From a virus: a DNA stretch of 64,000 nt. Each line of letters starts with the position of its first letter. Position 1 is the stretch's first letter. This document shows, piece by piece, positions 44,057 to 53,453 of the stretch. The translations under genes were made by a program, and so were the position numbers. The stretch covers positions 1 to 64,000 of the IMG/VR virus record IMGVR_UViG_3300032087_005453; one strand, written 5' to 3'. Below the pieces are notes generated by a model. It made no database searches and was not told the DNA's origin. It saw only the letters and a list, made by a program, of their open reading frames with translations.

Positions 44057-44745
44057 CATGCTTTAGTATAGTTTTGGTTTCTAGATCCAGACCGTTAATG
44101 ATGTTAGACTTATACAAGTCAATAAAAAATACATCAAAACTTGATAACGAAATACTTATAGGTTTAGACAACGATGATGATCACTTAAATGATTATATAA
44201 AAATATTCTCAGAAATTGAAAATGTACAGTTGTTCATAGAGGAAAGAAACTCAAATCTGCACACTAGGATAAATCAATTATTACCTCATGTTAAAGGTAA
44301 ATATATATTTGTATTAAATGACGATTGTAAATTGATTGAAAATTCTTGGGATAAATACTCTATAGAATTGTTAGATTCTTTTGGTGATATAGTATATGGT
44401 AAAACATACGACAATAGTATTGATAGAGTTAGCAATACCTATGCCGCATTTCCTATTGTTTCAAAGACGGCTGCTAAAAAACTAGGCTTCATAATGGATG
44501 AAACTTTTGGCAATCATGGCTCGGACGTTATGACCTATAGAGTTTACGAGGGTGCAAATAAAATCGTTGATTTGCCCGGAGTTAGGATTGATCACGTTCT
44601 ACACAATTCAGTAGATGCTTTGCAAGATAGGAAAAGAGATAAAACAGCAGTCGATATGATTAATAGAACTTTTTCTGATGATAAATTTTCAGTTGATAGT
44701 CTTTTTAGTATTGATACCTCAAAAAAATCGGAGATGCTTAAATGA
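44053..44745 (+). CDS. Glycosyltransferase family 2
   Basis: SIVLVSRSRP, EILIGLDNDD, FVLNDD, AFPIV. Confidence 0.8.
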   Translation: MTCFSIVLVSRSRPLMMLDLYKSIKNTSKLDNEILIGLDNDDDHLNDYIKIFSEIENVQLFIEERNSNLHTRINQLLPHVKGKYIFVLNDDCKLIENSWDKYSIELLDSFGDIVYGKTYDNSIDRVSNTYAAFPIVSKTAAKKLGFIMDETFGNHGSDVMTYRVYEGANKIVDLPGVRIDHVLHNSVDALQDRKRDKTAVDMINRTFSDDKFSVDSLFSIDTSKKSEMLK

Positions 44746-45677
44746 AATTATTAACAGTATATAATACTTGTGGTATAAAAGGTGTTGAAAATGTATATTA
44801 TTATATTGCTGCATTGGAAAGTATTTTTAAACAAGAAGGTGTTGATCATGATATTGTGGTTTCTGCGTGTTTAAATAAAATTTCTACATTACAAAAAATA
44901 AAAAACAAATTTAAAGACATAAGAATAAATTTAATAAATGATGCAGTTCCTGTTAATGTGAGCTTTAATCATACTTGCGAAATGTTTAATGATTCACATG
45001 ATGCATTTTTGTATATTGATTCCGGCATAATTATGCCTGATAAATTCACTATAAAAAAAATGATTGACAGGCTTGAATCTGGACCATATTCTATGGTTTG
45101 TTCTAATGTTAATAATGATGTCGGCCAGGCTGTTGAAGATACACCCAATTACGATAAAGGTGATGGTATACTGACTGATGATGTTGGTTCGTTTGTGTCA
45201 GTAGGTTCGTCTTTAAACTTGCATTGTCAAATATTTTCAAAGCAGCTAAAAGAATTTTATAATAGAATTATTCCCGACATCTTTGCTGGACATTGTACTG
45301 AGTCAGTACTATCTTTCCTTTGTGCGGCATTAAAGACAAGATGGGCTTTTTGTGATGACGTTTTAGTTTTTCATGCGATAAATATGGATGGGCAAAGTTC
45401 CGGTTTCGACCCTTTAAAATGGATGTATGAAAAAAAGAGACAAACCTATGATCATCCATTTGTTATAGAGAGCTATTTGGATAGATTCACAAATCAATAT
45501 GCAAAAAGTATAGGGTTAGGATTTGAGGAGTGTCGTAATGTTGTTATGCACGACAAGGAACAATTTGACGACAATTCATTTTGCATAAATGATGATCTTA
45601 AATCTTATATAAAACAAAATCTATTCCTCAAGAATAGTGAATTTAATTATTCCAACATAAGGAGTACAGTGATATGA
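44742..45677 (+). CDS. Putative glycosyltransferase (GT-A fold)
   Basis: SFNHT..FLYIDSG (DxD-like); context. Confidence 0.6.
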   Translation: MKLLTVYNTCGIKGVENVYYYIAALESIFKQEGVDHDIVVSACLNKISTLQKIKNKFKDIRINLINDAVPVNVSFNHTCEMFNDSHDAFLYIDSGIIMPDKFTIKKMIDRLESGPYSMVCSNVNNDVGQAVEDTPNYDKGDGILTDDVGSFVSVGSSLNLHCQIFSKQLKEFYNRIIPDIFAGHCTESVLSFLCAALKTRWAFCDDVLVFHAINMDGQSSGFDPLKWMYEKKRQTYDHPFVIESYLDRFTNQYAKSIGLGFEECRNVVMHDKEQFDDNSFCINDDLKSYIKQNLFLKNSEFNYSNIRSTVI

Positions 45678-46513
45678 CGCAGACTTGGCTTCGAAACGAA
45701 CATGTACGCTATATGCGTATTACAGATAAAAATAAATGGTGTTGGGATTATAAGATTTCAATAGTTATACCAACGAGAGGAAGGGTTGAGCTTCTTAAAA
45801 ATTGCTTACTTTCTATTTTAGATAAATCTTTTAAATCTAATAGGTTATTTGAGATTATACTGGTTATAGATTATGATGATGATGAAACCTTAAAGTTTGT
45901 TAAACAATTTTCAGATATTTTTAAATTTAACTGCCCAAAGACAAAGATGCAGCTAAACAGTCTTTCGGTTATACTAACTGAGAGATCTGAATATATGCAG
46001 CGTGATTATAACAATGTTGGTGCCAATGCCGCAAAAGGCGATTTGATATTCATTTTAAATGATGATTGTGTTATAACAACAACTAATTGGGATAAAAAAC
46101 TTATAGATTATTATATTGAAAACAAACCTGATGATGATATTATGTTGATAGCATGTAGTGATAATACACATGACGGTGAAAGTTTAGATATCAAAGGTCA
46201 AGTAAGAGATAATGAGACTCATGGAGCATGTTTTCCAATTTTTACAAAGACTTTTTGCGATATATTTAACGGCGTGTTTCCTCCAGAATTCAAGATGTGG
46301 TGTGTTGATACGGCCATGAATTCATTATTTAAATCATTTGACAGAAAGTATTCTTTTAAAGAATTACATATAGACCATATTAGTTATCATACAAAAACTA
46401 GAGAGCCGGATTCTATCAACTATCATGTAGCAAATGTCAGTAACTCTGCGGTGCCACCAGCTAACATGCAGTATTATTTAAATACTGTGTCTAAATATAT
46501 AAAAAATGATTAA
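45674..46513 (+). CDS. Glycosyltransferase family 2
   Basis: ISIVIPTRGR, EIILVIDYDD, AKGDLIFILNDD. Confidence 0.85.
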   Translation: MTQTWLRNEHVRYMRITDKNKWCWDYKISIVIPTRGRVELLKNCLLSILDKSFKSNRLFEIILVIDYDDDETLKFVKQFSDIFKFNCPKTKMQLNSLSVILTERSEYMQRDYNNVGANAAKGDLIFILNDDCVITTTNWDKKLIDYYIENKPDDDIMLIACSDNTHDGESLDIKGQVRDNETHGACFPIFTKTFCDIFNGVFPPEFKMWCVDTAMNSLFKSFDRKYSFKELHIDHISYHTKTREPDSINYHVANVSNSAVPPANMQYYLNTVSKYIKND

Positions 46514-46524
46514 GGATCTTTAAA

Positions 46525-47151
46525 ATGCATAAACAAGAAATAGTCAATTTTGAAAAAGAAATACAAAATCTATATGAGGATGGAGCTATTCGTGGACCTG
46601 TCCATCTTAGAGATGGAAACGAACAGCAGTTAATTGATATTTTCAAAGATGTTAAAAATGGTGACTATGTCTTTAGCACATGGGCTAATCATATTCATGC
46701 ATTATTGAAAGGCGTGCCTCCAGAAGCTATCAAGAATAGAATTCTAGAAAGTCAGTCTATGGCTATGAATTTTCCACAACATAGATTTTTCACATCAGCG
46801 ATTGTTGCTGGAATACCGCCGATTGCTATAGGTACTGCACTATCATTAAAGAGAAGTGGATCAGAAGATAAGGTGTGGTGTTTTGTTGGAGATATGGCTT
46901 TTAGGACTGGTATATGTCATGAATCAATTATGTATGCTATTTCTCACGACCTACCAATTACTTTTGTAGTAGAAGACAATGGAAAATCTGTCGGGACTCC
47001 TACACAAGATAGTTGGGGTGAAGTAAAATTGGACAAACTGCTTGAATTTTACAATAGCTTGATTGGTAAAGAGTCTAGTGCCGATATAATATACTACCAG
47101 TACCTTCTTTCCTATCCGCATTCTGGAACTGGAACTTTCGTGTCTTTTTGA
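46525..47151 (+). CDS. ThDP-dependent enzyme, E1-alpha-like subunit
   Basis: GPVHL..GNE, SAIVAG, VGDMA..VEDN (ThDP-binding GD..N motif). Confidence 0.85.
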   Translation: MHKQEIVNFEKEIQNLYEDGAIRGPVHLRDGNEQQLIDIFKDVKNGDYVFSTWANHIHALLKGVPPEAIKNRILESQSMAMNFPQHRFFTSAIVAGIPPIAIGTALSLKRSGSEDKVWCFVGDMAFRTGICHESIMYAISHDLPITFVVEDNGKSVGTPTQDSWGEVKLDKLLEFYNSLIGKESSADIIYYQYLLSYPHSGTGTFVSF

Positions 47152-47159
47152 GGGTTGCG

Positions 47160-47672
47160 ATGAATTATTTAGAAGAAGTAGATAAAGGTATGAAACTGCT
47201 TGCCAAGAGTGAAACCACAATTATTGGCCAAGCCGTTAGCTATAAGGGACATGCAATCACAAGGCAGGCCGCATTTTGGCCTGAAGATAAACGTATTGAA
47301 CTACCTGTGGCAGAAGAGATGCAAACAGGTATGGCTTTAGGTATAGCTATTGCAGGTGATATTCCCGTGTCAATATATCCAAGAATGAACTTTCTAATTT
47401 GTGCCGCTAATCAATTACTGAACCATTTAGATAAATGGGAATTGATGGGTGGTGGAATTCCACATGTTATACTTAAGGCTGTTGTTGGTAGCGAATATCC
47501 ATTAGATCCTGGACATCAACATAAAGCCAATTGGTCTTCTGAGATTAGTAATATGTGTGATAAGGTCAAAGTTCACAATCTTATTTATGGACATCAAGTG
47601 TTTGATGCCTATAATGATGCAATCAACAAAAAAGGAGTGCATCTAATTATAGAGCATGGTGATTTGTATTAG
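47160..47672 (+). CDS. ThDP-dependent enzyme, E1-beta-like subunit (pyrimidine-binding domain only)
   Basis: IELPVAEEMQTGMALG, ANQLLN, GHQH. Confidence 0.85.
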   Translation: MNYLEEVDKGMKLLAKSETTIIGQAVSYKGHAITRQAAFWPEDKRIELPVAEEMQTGMALGIAIAGDIPVSIYPRMNFLICAANQLLNHLDKWELMGGGIPHVILKAVVGSEYPLDPGHQHKANWSSEISNMCDKVKVHNLIYGHQVFDAYNDAINKKGVHLIIEHGDLY

Positions 47673-47682
47673 AGGTTGCTAG

Positions 47683-48183
47683 ATGACAATAAAAATAATA
47701 ACAGAAACCAAGCATATCGATAATAGAGGTTCTCTTTACACTACATTTACAGATTACGATTATGATATTCAGTTTGTTCAGGATAAAATCTCTCAATCTA
47801 GATATGGAGCAATTCGTGGATTTCATGGAGATAATAAAACCTACAAACTCGTCACCTGTATCTACGGAGTAATGCAGTTTGTGACTTTTGACATAGAAAC
47901 AGAAAAAACCACCCGTTATTTACTAGATGCTAATAATAAAGAAGTTGATTCTATTCTTGTTGAACCGGGACAGTTAAATGCTCATCAATGTCTGTCAGAT
48001 CAATGTATAATGAGCTATAAATGGAGTGAGTATTATACTTCTCCAGAAGATCAATGGACTGTAAAATACGATGACCCAACTATAGATGCTGACTGGTGTG
48101 ATACCAACTATGTGATTTTGTCTCATAGAGATTCTACGGCACAAGACTTTTTGTCACAAAAAGAAGAAGGTGTATTCTCATGA
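47683..48183 (+). CDS. rmlC: dTDP-4-dehydrorhamnose 3,5-epimerase family protein
   Basis: DNRG, FVQD..S, IRGFH, KLVTCIYG, YDDPTI..DW. Confidence 0.85.
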   Translation: MTIKIITETKHIDNRGSLYTTFTDYDYDIQFVQDKISQSRYGAIRGFHGDNKTYKLVTCIYGVMQFVTFDIETEKTTRYLLDANNKEVDSILVEPGQLNAHQCLSDQCIMSYKWSEYYTSPEDQWTVKYDDPTIDADWCDTNYVILSHRDSTAQDFLSQKEEGVFS

Positions 48184-49661
48184 ATTTACTGGTTGTATGT
48201 CCAAGTTCAGCCGGATTATACCAAGATCTTCAAACTGACTTTTCAGCTAAAGAAACAAATATATGGGCGGGACTTTTAGCAAATGCTGTTAGAAAAGAAC
48301 ATGATGTAGTCATCTATGATATGGAGATCGAAAGACCTTCTGAGTCTAAATTCATTGATGACGTGAATCAAATAGATCCTGATCTTGTATTATTTGTTGT
48401 TACAGGTCAAAACCCTAATGCATCTACGGCAGCAATGGATGGTGCTACAAAAGCATCATCTGTGTTATCGGGTCAATTTAAGATAGCATTTGTTGGACCG
48501 CATGTTAATGCTTTGCCTGTTGAGACCCTCCAAAAGCATCCGGAAATAGATATTGTCTTTACTAACGAAGGTGTTTATGCTCTTAAGAATCTTTTAAAAA
48601 CAGATTTGAAAGACATCACTGGAGTTAATGGAATAGCCTATAGAGATAATGGAGAAATAAAGCTCAATTCACCAGAAAAAATTGTGCCTCAAAATCTATT
48701 AGAACAAGATCTTCCGGGCGTAGCATACGACCTCATGCCAAAGCTTGATAACTATAGAACATCGCATTGGCACGCCAACTATCAAGATGATAGATCTCCA
48801 TTTGCCAGCATCTATACTAGCCTCGGATGTAGTTTTAAATGTAACTTCTGTATGATCAATATTATCAACAGGACAGAAAATGGTAGTGATAAATATGCTG
48901 GAATGTTTAACAAGTTTAGGTATTGGTCTCCAGAATTCACCATAAAGCAACTGGACTACTTAGCGGATAAAGGTGTCAAGCACATAAAAATAGCTGATGA
49001 ATTATTCCTAAATAATCCAAACAAACATGCTATGCCATTGTGTGATTTAATTATTGATCGTGGTTACAAATTTAATATATGGGCTTATACTCGCGTCAAT
49101 ACAGTCCGTGAGCACCATCTTGATAAACTTAAAAAAGCTGGAGTTAATTGGCTTGCAATAGGTATCGAGAACGTCCGTCAAAATGTTAGACAGGAAATAG
49201 AAAAAGGTGTCTTTAAAGATGCAGATATTGGTAGTGTTGTAAAGATGATCGAATCTGCTGGTATACATGTAATTCAAAACTATATTGTAGGACTTCCCGG
49301 TGAATCTGCTGATGATGCTCGTGCCAATCTGGAATTTGCTTTAGATTTAAAATGTGCCGCATATAACGTCTATCCATCTATGGCATTACCGGGATCACAA
49401 TTGTACACAGATGCTTTTGCTAACAATCAAGAGTTACCAAAGGAGTATTCAGAGTTTGGATTTCTTAGCTATGATTGTTTTCCTCTTAGTAATGGAATAA
49501 TGACCCGCGAAGAAATGTTAAAAATTCGTGATGAAAATTGGATGCTGTATCATAAAAATGACCAATTCTTGCTTGCGACTCAAAATCGTTTTGGTAAAAT
49601 GGCTGTTGACAATATAAGAAATATGGCATCCGTAAATATTAAAAGAAAACTATTGGATTAA
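48180..49661 (+). CDS. Cobalamin-dependent radical SAM enzyme (class B methyltransferase-like)
   Basis: N-terminal B12-binding-like domain (VGPH..EG) and SLGCSFKCNFC (CxxxCxxC), IVGLPGES. Confidence 0.88.
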   Translation: MNLLVVCPSSAGLYQDLQTDFSAKETNIWAGLLANAVRKEHDVVIYDMEIERPSESKFIDDVNQIDPDLVLFVVTGQNPNASTAAMDGATKASSVLSGQFKIAFVGPHVNALPVETLQKHPEIDIVFTNEGVYALKNLLKTDLKDITGVNGIAYRDNGEIKLNSPEKIVPQNLLEQDLPGVAYDLMPKLDNYRTSHWHANYQDDRSPFASIYTSLGCSFKCNFCMINIINRTENGSDKYAGMFNKFRYWSPEFTIKQLDYLADKGVKHIKIADELFLNNPNKHAMPLCDLIIDRGYKFNIWAYTRVNTVREHHLDKLKKAGVNWLAIGIENVRQNVRQEIEKGVFKDADIGSVVKMIESAGIHVIQNYIVGLPGESADDARANLEFALDLKCAAYNVYPSMALPGSQLYTDAFANNQELPKEYSEFGFLSYDCFPLSNGIMTREEMLKIRDENWMLYHKNDQFLLATQNRFGKMAVDNIRNMASVNIKRKLLD

Positions 49662-49675
49662 ATAAGGACTATGTA

Positions 49676-50812
49676 ATGGACAGAATAGAATTTGGTGAAT
49701 TGAGAATCGGACAAAATGCTCGAAGAAATCTTCTTCATGTGTGTGATACTAATTGGGCTAGTGGTGGTCCAAAAGTAAAAGACCTTGAAGACAGATGGAG
49801 TAAACTATTTGGCTATAAAAGAAGTGTTGCCATGAGTTCTGGAACTGATGGTGTGACAAATGCCTGTTTGGCACTATATGACCTTAAGGGTGCAACTAGA
49901 GGTGTCAGCGAGGTTATTGTTCCAGCATGTTCATTTATAGCGACATCAAATGGTGTTCGTGCCGCTGGTCTTATTCCAAGATTTGTTGATGTAAAGAAAG
50001 AAACACTAAATATTGATGAATCTAAAATTGAAGAGGCAATTAATGACAACACAGTAGCAATCATGCCCGTTCACACTATGGGTCGCATGGCCGACATGCA
50101 CACTATTTGTAACCTTGGTAAGCGATATGACCTGACAATTATTGAAGATGCTTGTGAAGCTCATGGTGCCGTATTCAACAATGGAAATGTTTCGGAATAT
50201 GTTGGTAACTGGGGTGATATGTCCATCTATAGTTATTATATTGCACACTTGGTTTGCTGTGGTGAAGGAGGTATGGTATCTACTAATGACGACAATATTG
50301 CGGATGTTTTGTCCTCAACAAGATCTCACGGCAGACCTTTCAATTCGATTTACTTTGACCACCAACGAACTGGTTTAAATTCTAAAATGAATGACTTGGA
50401 GGCATCAATTGGCCTTGAAGCCGTTAGTGTCTTTTGGGATACTTTTTGGACAAGACACAAGTTTATGAAGACGATGCGTGCGGCAGCAGAAGGATTTGAG
50501 GATGTTGCTTGGTTTTCTGAAGAAGATGATGAGTGTATAAATTGCCCGCATGGATTCAGTATTACTTGTAAAGAAGAAGGTAAGATAGATAAGGTTAAAG
50601 AAACCTTTGACAAATATAATATTCACCACAAAAGGAACTTTGGATGTATTCCAACACAGCATCGTGCTTTTGAAGATATGGGGTATTATCTTGGTGATTT
50701 CCCAAATGCTGAGTGGATTGGAGATAATGGGGTGCATATTGGATGCCATCAGTATCTAACTGAAGAAAATCTTGATAGAATTTGCACCGCGATTAAGGAA
50801 GGATTGTCATGA
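49676..50812 (+). CDS. DegT/DnrJ/EryC1/StrS PLP-dependent sugar aminotransferase/dehydratase
   Basis: SSGT, FIAT, PVHTMG, IEDACEAHGA, SYYIAHLVCCGEGG (His at the usual PLP-Lys position). Confidence 0.88.
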   Translation: MDRIEFGELRIGQNARRNLLHVCDTNWASGGPKVKDLEDRWSKLFGYKRSVAMSSGTDGVTNACLALYDLKGATRGVSEVIVPACSFIATSNGVRAAGLIPRFVDVKKETLNIDESKIEEAINDNTVAIMPVHTMGRMADMHTICNLGKRYDLTIIEDACEAHGAVFNNGNVSEYVGNWGDMSIYSYYIAHLVCCGEGGMVSTNDDNIADVLSSTRSHGRPFNSIYFDHQRTGLNSKMNDLEASIGLEAVSVFWDTFWTRHKFMKTMRAAAEGFEDVAWFSEEDDECINCPHGFSITCKEEGKIDKVKETFDKYNIHHKRNFGCIPTQHRAFEDMGYYLGDFPNAEWIGDNGVHIGCHQYLTEENLDRICTAIKEGLS

Positions 50813-51765
50813 ATATTTTAATAACTGGTGCGGGAGGGTATATTGGAGCTAAGCTAACACAGTTCCTTGCCTGGAAGCAACACAATGTCGTTTGTTTTGA
50901 CAACTTTTTCTTTAATCACAAAACCTTGGTTGAGGATGTATTTGATAGACCAAACTGTAAATTATATGAAGAGGATGTTACTGAATGGTCTGACAATCTA
51001 AAAAGAGAAATCAAAAATGCAGATGTAATATTTCCACTAGCTGCACTTGTTGGAGCACCTTTGTGTGACAAGTTTCCAGAAGAGACTTTGGATTTAAACC
51101 AAAATTGGTTCAACAAACTGCTTGACTATGTCGATAATCAAGTTATCATCTATCCAAACACTAATTCTGGATACGGAAGCACAGGAACTGACATCTGTAC
51201 AGAAGAAACACCATGCAACCCCCTTTCTTTATATGGAAAAACTAAAGGAGAGGCAGAGCGGATTCTTCTGGAAGATTATGACAATGCTGTTTGTTTTAGA
51301 CTGGCGACGGTTTATGGTCGTAGTCATAGACAACGGATGGACCTGCTCGTGAACAACCTAGTGTATTCTTCAATGATCAATAGAAGATTAGAAGTATTTG
51401 ATGGGCATTTTCGGAGGAACTATATTCATGTAGATGATATTGTTTCTGCTTTTACTCATGCTCTAGATAATTTTGAATCTATGCGTGGAGAAGTTTACAA
51501 TCTTGGTAATGATTCTGTTAACATGTCTAAGCTTGATCTTGTAAAAAAGATATGCCATGAAACACGGGCTGTATGGGTTGAGGTTCAAGATAAAACTGAT
51601 CCAGATAAAAGAGATTACATTGTTAGTAGTCAAAAACTATACGACACGGGTTTTAAACCAAAATACAATTTAGACTATGGAATTAAACAAATGATGATGG
51701 TTTGTTCTGAAAATTGGAAGAACTTTGCCGATGTCGATTACATGAGTATGTGTAAAAATTATTAA
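50809..51765 (+). CDS. NAD-dependent epimerase/dehydratase (extended SDR)
   Basis: ITGAGGYIG, YGKTK (YxxxK), RLATVYG, RNYIHVDD. Confidence 0.9.
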   Translation: MNILITGAGGYIGAKLTQFLAWKQHNVVCFDNFFFNHKTLVEDVFDRPNCKLYEEDVTEWSDNLKREIKNADVIFPLAALVGAPLCDKFPEETLDLNQNWFNKLLDYVDNQVIIYPNTNSGYGSTGTDICTEETPCNPLSLYGKTKGEAERILLEDYDNAVCFRLATVYGRSHRQRMDLLVNNLVYSSMINRRLEVFDGHFRRNYIHVDDIVSAFTHALDNFESMRGEVYNLGNDSVNMSKLDLVKKICHETRAVWVEVQDKTDPDKRDYIVSSQKLYDTGFKPKYNLDYGIKQMMMVCSENWKNFADVDYMSMCKNY

Positions 51766-51779
51766 TATTTGGAGAAGTT

Positions 51780-52013
51780 ATGGTATATTATAGACTTGTT
51801 ATTAAAAAAGATGAAAATGGAATATCAGCCTCGGAGATCGTAAAGCAGTTTGTGGATGAGCAGTCATACAATGACATGGTTTGGGATAAGCCGATTATAT
51901 CTCATGAGTTTGATGGAATGCTCCACTTTATAGCATTAGATCCTTCGTATCTTGAGGCATTCTTAGCAGGAATGCAAACATATGTAGAGTTAACCAATGA
52001 AGCGGTATCTTGA
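51780..52013 (+). CDS. Hypothetical protein
   Basis: GGAG RBS, 77 aa. Confidence 0.6.
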   Translation: MVYYRLVIKKDENGISASEIVKQFVDEQSYNDMVWDKPIISHEFDGMLHFIALDPSYLEAFLAGMQTYVELTNEAVS

Positions 52014-52926
52014 GTGTGAATGTATTTTTAGTGACTTCTGCGAAAGACATGTTGAATCAAAAACCATTCACGAGTATAGGAGATGTAAATCTTCTGACTT
52101 TTACAGAAGACAAAAAGATATTATGATTTATGGGTTTACACTAGATAATCTCTCTACAGAAGAAGGCATATTTGTAAAAAATATTCAATCAAATCTAAAA
52201 AGATTATATGATCTTAAACAGAATTTAAGCAAAGAATATACAATATCTCAAGATGATTTATCAAATACAAAGTTGTACGTATTAGGTCATAGTCAAGCAA
52301 AATTAGATTCGCTACCTAAGCTTGAATATACTCAAAAAATTAATCTTGAAACACTAGATTATGGAAAGTATTCAAAATATGCTGTTCCAGAACTGTGTGA
52401 AAACAGATTCTACTTTTATGACTTTGAATGTCCAGAAACAGTTGGGACAGTAACTTCATCATGGAGAGAAAAGTACGTAATACCTAATGTGCAAATTGAG
52501 AACTTCTTCGACTGGGAAGAATCAAAGGTGTTGTTCAGCAATCCAGATGAGAATATTGTGCTGTGTGCTTTTTATGCACATTTACAAAAATACGAAAATC
52601 AGAATAAATACTTTGAGGATTTATTGTATGATTTAGGACTGCAAGATTTACGCAATGTAGGCGTATGGGCGAATCAAATCATCTGTAAAAGGGAGATATT
52701 CCAAGAGTTAAAAGAATTCATGATAGAGGCAATTATCAAGCTCTTGGATCTACACAAAAAGTGTGATCTATTTTCAGGCCCACAACACCCCAAATTTAAT
52801 CTAGTAAGATACAACAATAGAGGTTTGGGGTTGCTTGCTGAAGAGATATCGGCACGATGGTTTTGTAGCCGCGAGGATATTACTACCATAGAGGTCCAAA
52901 AAATTAACTCTAGTTGGTATCACTAG
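51997..52926 (+). CDS. Hypothetical protein (possible glycosyltransferase-related)
   Basis: 309-aa ORF ending the glycan island. Confidence 0.55.
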   Translation: MKRYLECECIFSDFCERHVESKTIHEYRRCKSSDFYRRQKDIMIYGFTLDNLSTEEGIFVKNIQSNLKRLYDLKQNLSKEYTISQDDLSNTKLYVLGHSQAKLDSLPKLEYTQKINLETLDYGKYSKYAVPELCENRFYFYDFECPETVGTVTSSWREKYVIPNVQIENFFDWEESKVLFSNPDENIVLCAFYAHLQKYENQNKYFEDLLYDLGLQDLRNVGVWANQIICKREIFQELKEFMIEAIIKLLDLHKKCDLFSGPQHPKFNLVRYNNRGLGLLAEEISARWFCSREDITTIEVQKINSSWYH

Positions 52927-53365
52927 GCCACTTGCCAATTGGGCATGATGAACTCCTCCATTTAGCTTTTTTATCTAAAAAGCATCCGCATTTAGCACAT
53001 CTTCTATCAGTACGCATATACTCACAGCCTTCGCATATTTTGAGTCTTTCTAAGTACTGATCATCAGAGACAACATTTAACCCATCCTTTACATGTGCTG
53101 CTGTTGCCGAGGCAAGATTTTTAGCCTGCGTCATCATACTTGGAAGAGGTTTATCTTCTTTCTTTTCAGGTGTTTGTGGCTCTTCCTTCTTCTTTTTGCC
53201 TTTTATGCAATTTACAAAACTCTGTAGCGGCCCTTTACACTTCTCCCAAAGATTAAAGTATTTTATATTTGTTTGACATAATTTATGTAAATGTGCATTC
53301 TTATTAACTTCATGTCTATTACAATATCCGGCCAGAGGACATTCACATGGTGTTTTTTTGTCCAT
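52910..53365 (-). CDS. Cys-rich hypothetical protein
   Basis: CECPLAGYC; RLKICEGCE..CAKCGCFL..K..CPIGKW; GGAG RBS. Confidence 0.75.
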   Translation of the reverse strand: MDKKTPCECPLAGYCNRHEVNKNAHLHKLCQTNIKYFNLWEKCKGPLQSFVNCIKGKKKKEEPQTPEKKEDKPLPSMMTQAKNLASATAAHVKDGLNVVSDDQYLERLKICEGCEYMRTDRRCAKCGCFLDKKAKWRSSSCPIGKWPSDTN

Positions 53366-53432
53366 CAATATCTCCAATCACTTTATAAAAGCTTTCCTGT
53401 TTCTATCTATATTATAGAACAAATCGTAATCT

Positions 53433-53442
53433 TATTTATACA
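53433..53442 (-). promoter_or_regulatory. Putative late promoter TGTATAAATA
   Basis: Intergenic TATAAATA element matching the one at 39362. Confidence 0.5.
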
Positions 53443-53453
53443 TAAAATTAATT

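Noticed and set aside
46525-47672. Pyruvate dehydrogenase auxiliary metabolic genes
   Set aside because: The subunits are truncated, E2/E3 are absent and the genes lie within a nucleotide-sugar cluster.
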